Below, one piece after another: positions 53,514 to 64,000 of a DNA stretch of 64,000 nt. Positions within the stretch are counted from its first letter, which is position 1; each line of letters starts with the position of its first letter. Origin of the DNA: Sphagnum compactum (Eukaryota); NCBI GenBank assembly GCA_965153455.1, contig OZ234493.1:9848213-9912212 (forward strand). The letters are read 5' to 3'. The notes under the pieces are model-generated. The model did not search any database, was not told where the DNA came from, and saw nothing but the letters and a program-made list of their open reading frames with translations. Made by a program: the position numbers and the translations under genes.

Positions 53514-53934
53514 ACAAAGTGCAGAAGTAATGTGTAAGAACCCTGCCTATATAGTTATTACACATTAAATTGTTATTTCACTCAAGATAATGAAAAATAC
53601 CAAATTCAGGCCACCAAATCCAACATTCCCATTGGCCTGAAAAAAACAAATCTTCAAATCTACATAGAACACTATTCTGTGGAACATTGAAAATAATGAT
53701 CCTTTCTATCTATTCCATTGGTCTTGTAAAATTCTCAAAAGCTTACCAAACCTTACTACACATTTAATAGGTAGTTCACTTCAGAAAATCATGAAAAGTA
53801 AATTCAAACCATCAAATCCCACAATTTCATTGGCCAAAACCTTTTTTCTTCAAACCTATCTGCAAGCCTATTCAACACCCTTTGTATATTAATACAGTAA
53901 TATTATAACCCTTGTCTGTATATAGACAGGGTTA
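53514..53934 (-). mobile_element. Family H2, copy b
   Basis: IR aaccctgcctata (53539) / tatagacagggtt, the latter part of a terminal hairpin; internal IR aatgtgtaa/ttacacatt. Confidence 0.6.
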
Positions 53935-56900
53935 AAAAATTCAAACAAGTGCATGTGGATCGAAAGGTTTATTGTAACTTGCTTGTCGTTAAGGTCCATG
54001 GATGTGCTGGGCCAAGTGGTTCTCAGCAAAAACTGACTCTAGATATGGATATGCCAGTTTTGAGTTTTGAATGCCCCATTGGCCTTTGGATGAGCCCACA
54101 TGTACATTGGAACCAGGGCAAAATTCCAGCAATGTTTTTTGGTTTGCTTCAAATATTGGTTGCATATCTCATTGGATAGTATGTTTTTTTGCAGTTTCCG
54201 ATTCTAGTCATTACAAGAGAATGTGATTTTTCTCACATAAAAGGTTGCTGCTCATGACATGTGTGAAGTAACTTTCTGGTTTCATTCCTTACAATGTATA
54301 ATATGAGTGTTTATTGTGGCATGTATTATATTAAAATTACAACTTGACATTAAGTTATGGCACTAGAAAGAACCCTTCGGTTGATGAAAAAAAGTTTTGA
54401 TTAAATCCAAGGCTATAGTGTTAATTCAAAAATCTATAATCATGCTTTTAAAAAAAATCCAAATATCATGATTTCACTTGTATTAGTTCTTACTTTCATT
54501 ATTTATATCTATGATTTATTCATTGTAGAAAATTAGAAAATTAAATTCTTATTCTTCAATACTTACAATGGTAGAGAATGTATAGTTACAATATTTAGAA
54601 TCAATTTACATGAGGAATAGTTGCATAAAGGTGAAGACATTTTTATTTTTAATCTAAAACAATTTGAGAAATGTAAATTAATTTATAATGACTTTTCAAA
54701 ATAATCCAAAATCACTTTAAAGGGAAAGCAAAGTTAAATTAATCTTAAAACTTTCCTTTTATGATCATTTTTACCTGCAAAAGATTATATTTAGCTTGAC
54801 TTTGAAAAGGAAGTTCTTAAAGTATATGTGCAAAAGACATAAAAATAACAGTAAAGGAAGTGAAGATTTTGAAAGGGTAATTGAGAAATTTATGCAATGA
54901 ATTCTAGTAATTAATTAAATTTTTAGACCTTAATTTTAAGCTTCATTTTGGAAAGGAAGGTTTCAAAGGGTATATGAGAAAAAAATGAAAATAATGGTAA
55001 AGGAGGTTGAGATTTTGAAAAGATATTTATAAAATATTTATAAAAGTTTTGTGTTTTCATGTAAGTGGGTATGGGACAAGAAATGAGATAGTTAGGCTTG
55101 GAAGAGGTAGTTATTTTAGTGAATGGCATAGACAGATATATGATGACAGGAATTATGTGACTATGTCATGAATGGCCTAAGCTATAGACTTTGAATAAAT
55201 TCAAAGAACATATTATGCGTGCGAAATATGTGCCTTAAATTAATATTAAGTTGTAATCTTAATATAATATAGGCCACAATAAACATCACATATTTGTACA
55301 TCATAATAAATGAAACAAAGCACAAAGTATATTTCACATGTGCCATGAGTCGTGACTTTTTGTGTGAAAAGAATTGCATTCTCTTGTTGATTATTAATCA
55401 TTTTTCATACTGACTTTTAACTCCTCTTTTAGAAAGTAATACAGGAGATGTACACATTCTGGAACCTCTGATGCGTGGATATGAATAATGTGCACCTACC
55501 TTGAATGAGGAATGAGGATATACTTAGCAGTGTTGTGAGAATATTGAGTTTTTAGTGTTAAAACTGGGGTTGAGGGTTAGGTTTTTGTGACAATGTTATT
55601 AGGACTCAAGCTCACATTGTTTTGTTGGAACCGGCACAAGAATCAGAGTCTCAAACATTGGAAATAGTCTTTGTAGATTTGGACCCAAAACTGGAACTAA
55701 CACTCTTGGAAAAAAGGGGTAAGTTCTTTAAATAAGCAAGATGATTTTGTTTTTTGAGAAGTTGAAAAATAGCCTCAACTTAGAGTTAAATATTAATTTT
55801 TATTAGTTGTTGAACTCCATACTTATATAGACCCTGATTTCAATTTGATTAAATGTTTTTATCTATACAATATCTAGTATGAGGAGTGTGTAACGTTTGT
55901 ATGAAATTGGACCTGATTTTGAACTGAGCCCAAAGGTCTTGAATTTGTGAAAATATGTTGGAACTGGAACTGCAAGGTTTTACAATGGGAAGAACCGAGC
56001 TCAAATCCACACCAAAGAACCTCCACTACAAAAAAAACAAAAAAAATAAAAATAAAAACTGACACTGAAGGTTCTCTTTAAAAGAAAACTGCATATCACT
56101 CATGCATGCATATTAGAGAGGTGAAATGCAATCCACCAGTTACATACAATGGTAGATATAGAAACACACAAATTTTCTTTATGGTTTCTATCTCTATGCT
56201 GAAATTAAGCTTGTCCATAGTCCTGGAAAAAAAAAAAAAACACTGACAATACTGGTTATGTTGGTGTGGAATTGTAAACCAGTCCTCTTTCCATGTTCTC
56301 ATTTTGCCAGAGAGTTGCAAAATTAGGCTTCAATGATCCATGGCTTTTAATACTCCAAACAAAATTTACAACAACAGAAACTGGAGATGTTTGAGTGAAA
56401 AAAGACATCATGTCTTGACTTGCAAGTTGATTTCTAGCCAGCTATATATATTTGAGGGAAATCTTGAGGTTTAGGTGGAACTAGTTGATCGTCTTTGAGT
56501 TTGGCATAGTGAATCCCTACTTAGGGCCCATGGTGTAAGTTATCTTGGTTGACAAAGAAAGGCTGAGAACTGACAGATGCTGGTTGGTTTTATATCTACT
56601 GGTCAGGCCCAGAATATCAGATGGTTTAGTTCTACAAATTCCCACTTGTAAACTATTAACCCTGAGTGCCTGAGTGAAAGTGTACTTGACACTGTACTTG
56701 CTGGTTGTGAGGCTTTTGCCCTCACCAGTTGCTGGGCTTTGGGTCTTGGATTTCAAGTCACATTTCTCCCCATCCATGTCTTTTCAAGTTTTCGCAAATT
56801 GAAGGGAACTTTACCAGACCCAGATGCCATATTCTCATAAATCATTTTTGTGTGGGTGATAAGAGATGGGGTGCAGGAAGTATGCACGTAATTGAAATAG

Positions 56901-58059
56901 ATTTTTCTCTTCAACTATGATAATGTCTAATGAGATCATGCAAAAGCAATGTGACTGCAAATCGTAAATACTCAGGACAACCAGTGGAGCTGTATTGAGA
57001 TACCTTAACTTGCTCAATTCCTTGTTCTTGCATATTACAATAGATTTAATTCCTTAGTTTAGATTCCCCACAACTACTGACCTTCTATACTGCTTGGCTG
57101 AAACATAAAAAAAGAGAATTAAAAAAGAGTCATTCCCTATTCACCTGTTGCCTGTATACAAATAGAACTCCAAACATATCCAGTAATAATTTCTTATCTC
57201 AACCATTTGAATTCAGATATTTGGCTAAATTGGCTTATTGATGATCGCCACCTCAGCTACATCAAAAATTTGAAAAAAAAAGCATTTGTGCATTGCGCAC
57301 AAAAAGAACTTGCAGAAATGTTTGAGTCTGTTATTCGCAATTTTGCAGTAAGATCAGTTGTTACTTTAACTTTGACAACAATAATGACGTGGGGCTTATC
57401 TGAAATTCTGGAACCTGTACTTGTCATTAAAGTTTGCAACCCTGAGTCTTCATTCCCACAACCCAACCATTATCTACAAAAGCGGCTTCACCCCCTCATC
57501 ATGCCAAGCCATTGATGAATCTCCTTGTCATTATCACCTGCTCTTTTGGCAAAGCCCGTACCTGCCCAAGGAGCCTTAGGTGGAGCATTAGGTGGAGCAA
57601 TACCTGCGATGGTACCAAAGTAAAGGCCCCCATAAAAGTATATATTAGTTGTTTCTAAACATAAGAAATAAAAAGACTAAATTAATGTCTCAAAGTCGAC
57701 CTTTAACATTCTCCAGGTTAAATAAAGCACTGAAAGGTCTCACTCAAGAAGGTGAAAGTACCAGTGTAGGTGCCCACTTCGCCCTGGCCCACAAGATATT
57801 ACACAACAAGCAAATCCCTTAATTCACTCATACTGCTTTCAACTTTACTATTTTTGCCACATACCTTGTTCAACTTCCATCCCTCCATCCCTTTTGTATT
57901 TCTGTGTTTGTGTCTGTATTCTTAGTTTTTGCAAGATGTGAAATGAAAAAAGACAATATAATGTGCAAAGGATGGAAGTATCTTTTATCTAGTGTATTAC
58001 TACAAGTGTAGCCTGTGCTGCAGGCTCTATTGTGAAATTAAAAAATTTCTAGTGACAAA

Positions 58060-58420
58060 AGTTACTATCTCCCTCACCTTAGGTCTAAAAATTAAAAAGT
58101 TGCCTCCAAGAATCCCATTTCATGTATGGCTTTTCTACAGAACCATTTGAAAGCTTGGCCTAATTTCCTTAAAAGTCTTAGTTTTGATTTTTTTTTTTTT
58201 GACAAATATGTTCAATACTCAATAATTATGGCACTGTAGGTCTAAACATTACAAAACCACCTTGGTGCACCCCTACTTGTTGAGGGCTTTCCAATGGTAC
58301 ATCAAGAGCATAGTGGGGAAGGGTGGTGGGGGGGACTTCATGGTTTGGGAGATCTATCTCAAGATGACAACCAAAACAAATAGAACTTGAACAAAGTCCT
58401 ACCTTCCTTAATTGAGAGAT
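58060..58420 (+). repeat. Dispersed repeat family R2
   Basis: Colinear with 62670-63055 (cacct.aggtctaaaa...catggtttgggagatct...ctaccttcctta). Confidence 0.7.
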
Positions 58421-58814
58421 TCTCCTCATGAATTATGCTATATTGTCTCATTTTCAAATATGGAAGACTATCAAGCATGTAGCACCCAATGATTTTCTTG
58501 GGCAAAGTTTTGCTATTATACAAAACATATTCTGGAGAAAGACATGAATATCATGGCTTTTCAGTGTGAAATGTGTTTTTTTAGCAGTAAGTTCGTCTCT
58601 TTTTCAAACTAAAAAAATTGATAAATAATAAATAGTCAAGCACTAAGTAAACTGACACAACTTAACAAATTTTTATATTATCTCAAAGTTCAGCAACTAC
58701 AGGACTACTAGTTCAAATAGGAGGGGATTTTACACCTACTCTTTGTGAGTGAGGAAAATTATGTCTTCCTGTAGAAGTAAGCCCTGAGCTCTGGCTCTGG
58801 TGAACCAGCACCCA

Positions 58815-59400
58815 ACTGGATGCCCATTATGACCCAGTTGTGGATGAACCTCAACTGAGTTAATATCTGGTGTCACCTTGGTAACCCATTCTGTAAGAAG
58901 TGGGTCCTCTATATAGGTAGATAGGTTTTAAATAGGTGCCTAGTAGTAAGTAGATAGATAATTTATACATCAGAAAGGGCTGTTTCTACTACCTACCTAG
59001 TTGGTAGGTAGTACCAAAAAAAAACTAAGGTAACCAGCATGGTTAGATAGAGGTCTGGAACCCAAATTCTACTACCTACCTAGTTGGTAGGTAGAACCAA
59101 AAAAAAACTAAGGTAACCAGCATGGTTAGATAGAGGTCTGGAACCCCAATTCTACTATCTACCTAGTTGGTAGGTAGAACCAAAAAAAAACTAAGGTAAC
59201 CAGCATGGTTAGATAGAGGTCTGGAACCCCAATTCTACTACCTACCTAGTTGGTAGGTAGAACCAAAAAAAACTAAGGTAACCAGCATGGTTAGATAGAG
59301 GTCTGGAACCCAACAGAAAACTGTTTCTTGATCACTTACTATCCATCCTTCATGGTGCACTGGTTCACTCTGGCCCTGGACACCTGCTCTTAAAGACTCT
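58815..59400 (+). repeat. Dispersed repeat family R3 (tacc/ggta-rich)
   Basis: cagttgtggatgaacctcaactgagttaat recurs at 60283. Related pieces at 60260-60620, 50300-50430(-) and 49200-49360. Confidence 0.7.
58984..59312. repeat. Tandem repeat, 83-bp period, 4 near-identical units
   Basis: ttctact starts at 58984, 59067, 59150 and 59233. Each unit carries the hairpin ctacctacc-tagtt-ggtaggtag. Confidence 0.95.
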
Positions 59401-59929
59401 ATTTAGTGTAAGAACCCTCCCCCTCTTATGTCTCATGATCAGTAATTTCTTTTGATTACATTTTGTCACTTAGTGACAAAAAAAAGAAATATTTCATTGA
59501 AGTGTAAATTCGAAAAAAAACTGTTGAAAAAATTGAAAAAATTGCAAAACTTTTGAAACCACAAAATTGAAAAAAAAAACTCTGCTCATGATCTACATAT
59601 CTTTAAGTTCATGATAAGGTTTGCCTTGTGTTTTAAGATGGGTAATTTAATCCCAAGGTGATAGATAACGTTCTCAAAATGTAGAGTTTTGGGAATGCCC
59701 CACCTGTGGGCTTTACCCTACCCTTTCCTTGTATTGTGACTCCTTTCCTATAATTAGAACTTCTTTACATTGATGAAGGCTGAGTGAAACCTGAGTCATG
59801 ATTATATGATATATCTGCTCAGATTGAAGTTGTGGGAAAACCATATTAAGGAGAGAAAAATGAAAAGATAACTATGTTGTTTGCATTAAAATGGTGGGAA
59901 AGATGACATTGAAGGAACAGAAATGAAGC

Positions 59930-62197
59930 AGAAACTACATAGCCTGTGGGCATTCAAAGTATTGCCTGGAAAGCAGATGGACTGCACATTCCTTTGCAGA
60001 ACTTCTCAATTCAAGAAAGCTAAGTGCATGTGTACACATGATTCAGTGCAAAAAAAGTTATTATAATATGTTAGGTGCAAGTCACAATGTGGAGTTCAAG
60101 GTCTGATGGTGCTTCTTCAGCTTTCACAAACTGTCAATCTGGCCTCAAAGAGCAAAGAAACATGCATGTCCAAACACCTGGATTGGTAAATCCCCTGCAG
60201 AAAGAAAGGAAAGGATGTGAAGCAACCTCACATCAGAACCAGCACTCATCTGCACACCATGCACTGGAAGCTCCTTATGACTCAGTTGTGGATGAACCTC
60301 AACTGAGTTAATGAAACCCATGTTGGTAGCCCATTTTGTAAGAAGTAGGTTCTATATCTAGCTAGCAAAATAGGTGACTACAAGGTAAGTAGATGGTTCA
60401 GACATATTCAAGAGCTGCTTTTACTACCTACCTACCTACTATCAACCCACTTGTAGGAAGTAAAAGCAGGTTGTTAGTAGGTAGCTAGCTAAAAAAAAAG
60501 CAACTATGCTAACCACCATGGTTAGCTAGTGAACTGGAACCCAAAAGAAAACTGTTTCCCTACCACTTGTACCATCCATCCTTCACGGTACAATGGTGGG
60601 TGCTGCTTCACTCTGGCCATCAAGCTAACAATGTGAAGTTCAAGCTCTGATGATGTTCCCCTCATATACTCTCACACAACACAAGTTCCACTCCTGGGGA
60701 TATAACATCAATATAACCTCATGAAACTCCAGAGTTCAGAAAGAGGAAACAAGCATGCAGTTTGTGCGCAGGATATATGCAACATTTTCTGAGGACCCAT
60801 GCAAGGCACAAAAACAACAGAGATGGATACATGGATTCCAGACCCACGGATACATGACACTTTATAACCGGAAGTAGTAGACAACCTCCGCGTAAAATGT
60901 GTTCATAGACTGGGCCCTAAGTTACAAGCCGCCATACTGGCTGGAAAGACACAGCCAGTGTTAGGAACTGGATTTGTGCAGATAGAACTGTATGTATAGT
61001 ATACCAAAAACAGCTTAGTCAAGCTACTCTCTGCTGATGATCATCCTCAGAAGAGTAAGTAGACTACAAAAATCTCCTGCATCCACAGCTACCAACTTCA
61101 CACCCATTTCACAAGTACCACCATCCCAGGAACCACGAAAACAGCTATGACAACAAACAATGTGGAACTTAGTTGAGGAGAAAACCAGTTCAAACGCTCC
61201 AACTGGTTTGCTCCCAAGCTGGGGGTTGGCTGTTTGTTTCCCTCATGTCCACACTGCACAGCATGAGAATGAAGATCAAGTCCAAGTTCAGTTCGAGATG
61301 ATGTCATACTCTTCTTTTCCTGTGGCGAGTGCCACAGCGTTCAGGATAGCTGCACGTAACAGGTTACGGTATTCCTCTGAAGAGAAGAACTGAGGCTTCG
61401 ACGGCTGGGTCACGCTAGGATGGCGCTCAACAGCTTTCGTCTTGCACTGCTCAGAGCAAAACGACCCCGTGCAGCGATGATCATTGTTCAGAACCTTTGC
61501 GCAATTCACGCACGAAAGGGGCCCGAGCGATCCTTCCGGGCTGCTTCTTCCTTCTTTCTGGGCACTAGACATTGTAAAGACCTAATCACAGGTGCTGCAC
61601 ACGAATAATTAGACGCCCCAAACCACAGTAGACAGGATAATCTTCAGAGACTGCAAAACTCTGGCAGGTCCAGTATCTTCTTACCTTTTTCGACCCGTCA
61701 CAAGATGCTCAACCAGCAGTTAAAAGACGGAACAATACTAGATCTCTGAAGCTGCAACAGCAGCAGCAAGCATCTCCTGCCTGGTACCTGCAAAACCGTG
61801 AACCCACAAACAATTGTGGTGTTGATATCGTCTCCGTCAGCAAGAACTACGAGCCTGACTACATCTGCAGTTACAACACTAGTGCAATATCCTACAAGAG
61901 CAGAGAGAGGTTGCAGTGAAAGCATATATCTAAGTCTTCACAACCTCAGGGCTGTCTCTTACCGATCACGACTCCGCTGAATCTCTGTAGAATGAAGACG
62001 AAGACGATCGCTGCATTGAAGAAGAAGAAGAAGAAGATGGGAAAACAAGGGCCCAACACAAGCCCTATGTAGTGGCTCCCGCTGTCCTGCCCAACTGAGA
62101 GACGAGATCCTCGTGCAGCGCGCCCGTTGGATGGGCGTTAGATTGGCCATTTTCCCCTAGCCCATCCATCCACGGGGCCTGGGTTTTTCTATATAAA
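59930..62197 (-). other. Tandem duplicate of the PLATZ locus (about 50530-53320)
   Basis: Homology in promoter, first exon, intron ends, CDS and ~1 kb of 3' region; interrupted by R3 at ~60200-60620. Confidence 0.9.
61288..61572 (-). CDS. Truncated PLATZ paralogue, 94 aa, C-terminal zinc finger and tail only
   Basis: Same acceptor and acaATGTCTAG start as the long copy. Open frame CVNC...FCSEQCK...LLRAA...YDI; all indels relative to the long copy are in frame. Confidence 0.7.
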   Translation of the reverse strand: MSSAQKEGRSSPEGSLGPLSCVNCAKVLNNDHRCTGSFCSEQCKTKAVERHPSVTQPSKPQFFSSEEYRNLLRAAILNAVALATGKEEYDIISN

Positions 62198-62234
62198 ACT
62201 ATACTAGTGTGCCCGGAGATGTTGAATTCTGTAG

Positions 62235-62553
62235 TTTATTGGCCTTGCCTACCAAGGCAGGAATATTGTGTTTAGATTCATTATAGAGTATCGTAGCTTA
62301 AGGGATTTTGGCCCCTAGACAATAATAGGTCCATTTTTATTTGACAATTTTTGAAAGATGATATTTTGGCTTGTGTTGAAACTTGAGATTAGTTATAGAA
62401 TAATAATAACTTGAAGGATTTTGGTTTCTTTTAGAGGCTTTTTTGAAGATTATATTTTTGCACTGTGAAATATTTGAGTTTCCATAATTCTTCTTTTGCC
62501 TTAAGATACTTTTTAATGTAATTGGAAAGACCACAGTGTGACACACCCCTTGT
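62235..62553 (+). mobile_element. Family H1, copy d
   Basis: Colinear with copy c; lies about 40 bp upstream of the TATA-like box of the mini-PLATZ gene. Confidence 0.7.
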
Positions 62554-62669
62554 TAATGTAGCTTGTGCCATTCGCTCTAGTGTGAACTGGTTATCCAACT
62601 ATTTTTTCCTTCTGAAATCATTTTTTTAATTTACTTAAATTTCCAATGACAAAAACTATTCAAACTTCA

Positions 62670-63055
62670 ATATCTCTCGCACCTGAGGTCTAAAACTTTC
62701 AAAATCACATTCATTAAATCTTTACTCATTTAGGGTTTTCTAGCAATACCAAGAGTGCATCCAAATTCCTCTATGAATTTTAGTTTCGATTTACATGAAT
62801 TTTCCATGAAAAATTTGTTCAATATTCAATCACCTCTCTACCATAGCTGAAAACATTATGAAATCAACTTGTTGTGCCCCTACTTAGGGAGGCCTTTCCA
62901 ACAATACCAATTATGAAATCAACTTGGTGTGCCTTTACCTAGGGAGGCTTTTCCAACAATACCAAGAGTGTGACAAGAGGTGTCATGGTTTGGGAGATCT
63001 CTAACAATCAAACAAACAAATTTACAAAAAAACTACCTTCCTTATAGATAGATGT
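62670..63055 (+). repeat. Dispersed repeat R2 copy with internal 54-bp tandem duplication
   Basis: ttatgaaatcaacttg...tttccaacaataccaa starts at 62857 and 62911. Confidence 0.75.
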
Positions 63056-63267
63056 CATTAAAAACATCCATTCAATTTCTTTCAATTGGAACTTTTTTAA
63101 TGGCAATTGGATAAATTGTAGTTGTGTGGAATTGTACTATGGACTTGGATAGTCCCACCCAAAGTATTTACAAGGGAAAATATTTTGACATTTGAATAAA
63201 AAAAGATAATTTAAACACATTATTACATATTTGAAGGATCTTTTGATGTTTAGGTGGAACAAGGTGA

Positions 63268-63480
63268 TTATAGCCTAAGGTCAACTTCCACATTGAAAAA
63301 ATGAATAAATAATTTTTTTCAAAATTAATTTGTTCATATAAATTTGGAATTATTACTTTTTCATAATTTATTATGATATTGTCATATGAGGATTGAAATT
63401 ATTTATATTGTAACTTGTGATAATTATGATGGAATTCAACTTCATTTTCATATTTCAAAAAAATCATTTCATTATTTTGA
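63268..63480. mobile_element. Diverged family F3 copy
   Basis: ttatagcctaaggtcaacttccacattgaaaaaatgaat aligns to the F3 left end. Confidence 0.55.
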
Positions 63481-64000
63481 ACATTATACCACAAGGAATA
63501 TTAACCATACCAACCCATGTATTTGCAACTTGCATCCAAATCAACCATTTTTGCAATTACTAATATAATTATTTTTCATAACACCACATAAAAATGATTT
63601 GATGTCGCATATGCAAGTATAAAATGGTTTTAAGTTGCATATGGGTGAAAACATGATTAAAAGAGCTAGGGGCACCAAAGTAAAAGTCCTTTTCCAAGGA
63701 GTACACATGACACCTATTGTTTTTGTGTTGGTTTATAATTTTAAAATTTATTTGTTGGATACCCCTTTGACGTTGAATTTTAGATATAAATAAATTTTGA
63801 CTAAAAATTGATTTTATATCGTGTATATTATGCATTCATGCCCTTTATCACATTAACATGAACAACTTTTGTTAAAGGCACATTTTCGAAATCCATATTT
63901 TTTAAGGTCAATTTAGCATTTTCACTAGTAGAAATTGGCTAAAATGTAACCAATCTCTTTGCGACTACATGCGACTATCAGTTATTTGCAACTACATTTG

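Overview
AT-rich, repeat-dense nuclear DNA from a land plant. The repeat landscape looks moss-like, possibly Sphagnum, but that is inferred from memory and not verified. Apparently intact genes: a two-exon conserved plant protein (35164-35758, -), a divergent PLATZ-type zinc-finger gene with an intronless CDS (51808-52521, -), and its tandem duplicate, which encodes a 94-aa version keeping only the C-terminal zinc finger (61288-61572, -). Relics: an intron-containing RPN6 pseudogene, an LRR-receptor pseudogene, two decayed hAT-type transposases, a Ulp1-like protease and a possible F-box gene. Mobile DNA includes TIR elements with 4-bp target duplications (one nested three deep), a TIR element with a 9-bp duplication, two Helitron2-like non-autonomous families, other dispersed repeats and several tandem arrays. 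The two most striking observations are (1) a CpG-rich mitochondrial-type SSU rRNA fragment running directly into a recognisable group I intron core (~3570-3935), possibly from a foreign mitochondrion, and (2) the PLATZ/mini-PLATZ pair, whose coding sequences have diverged far more than their untranslated flanks.
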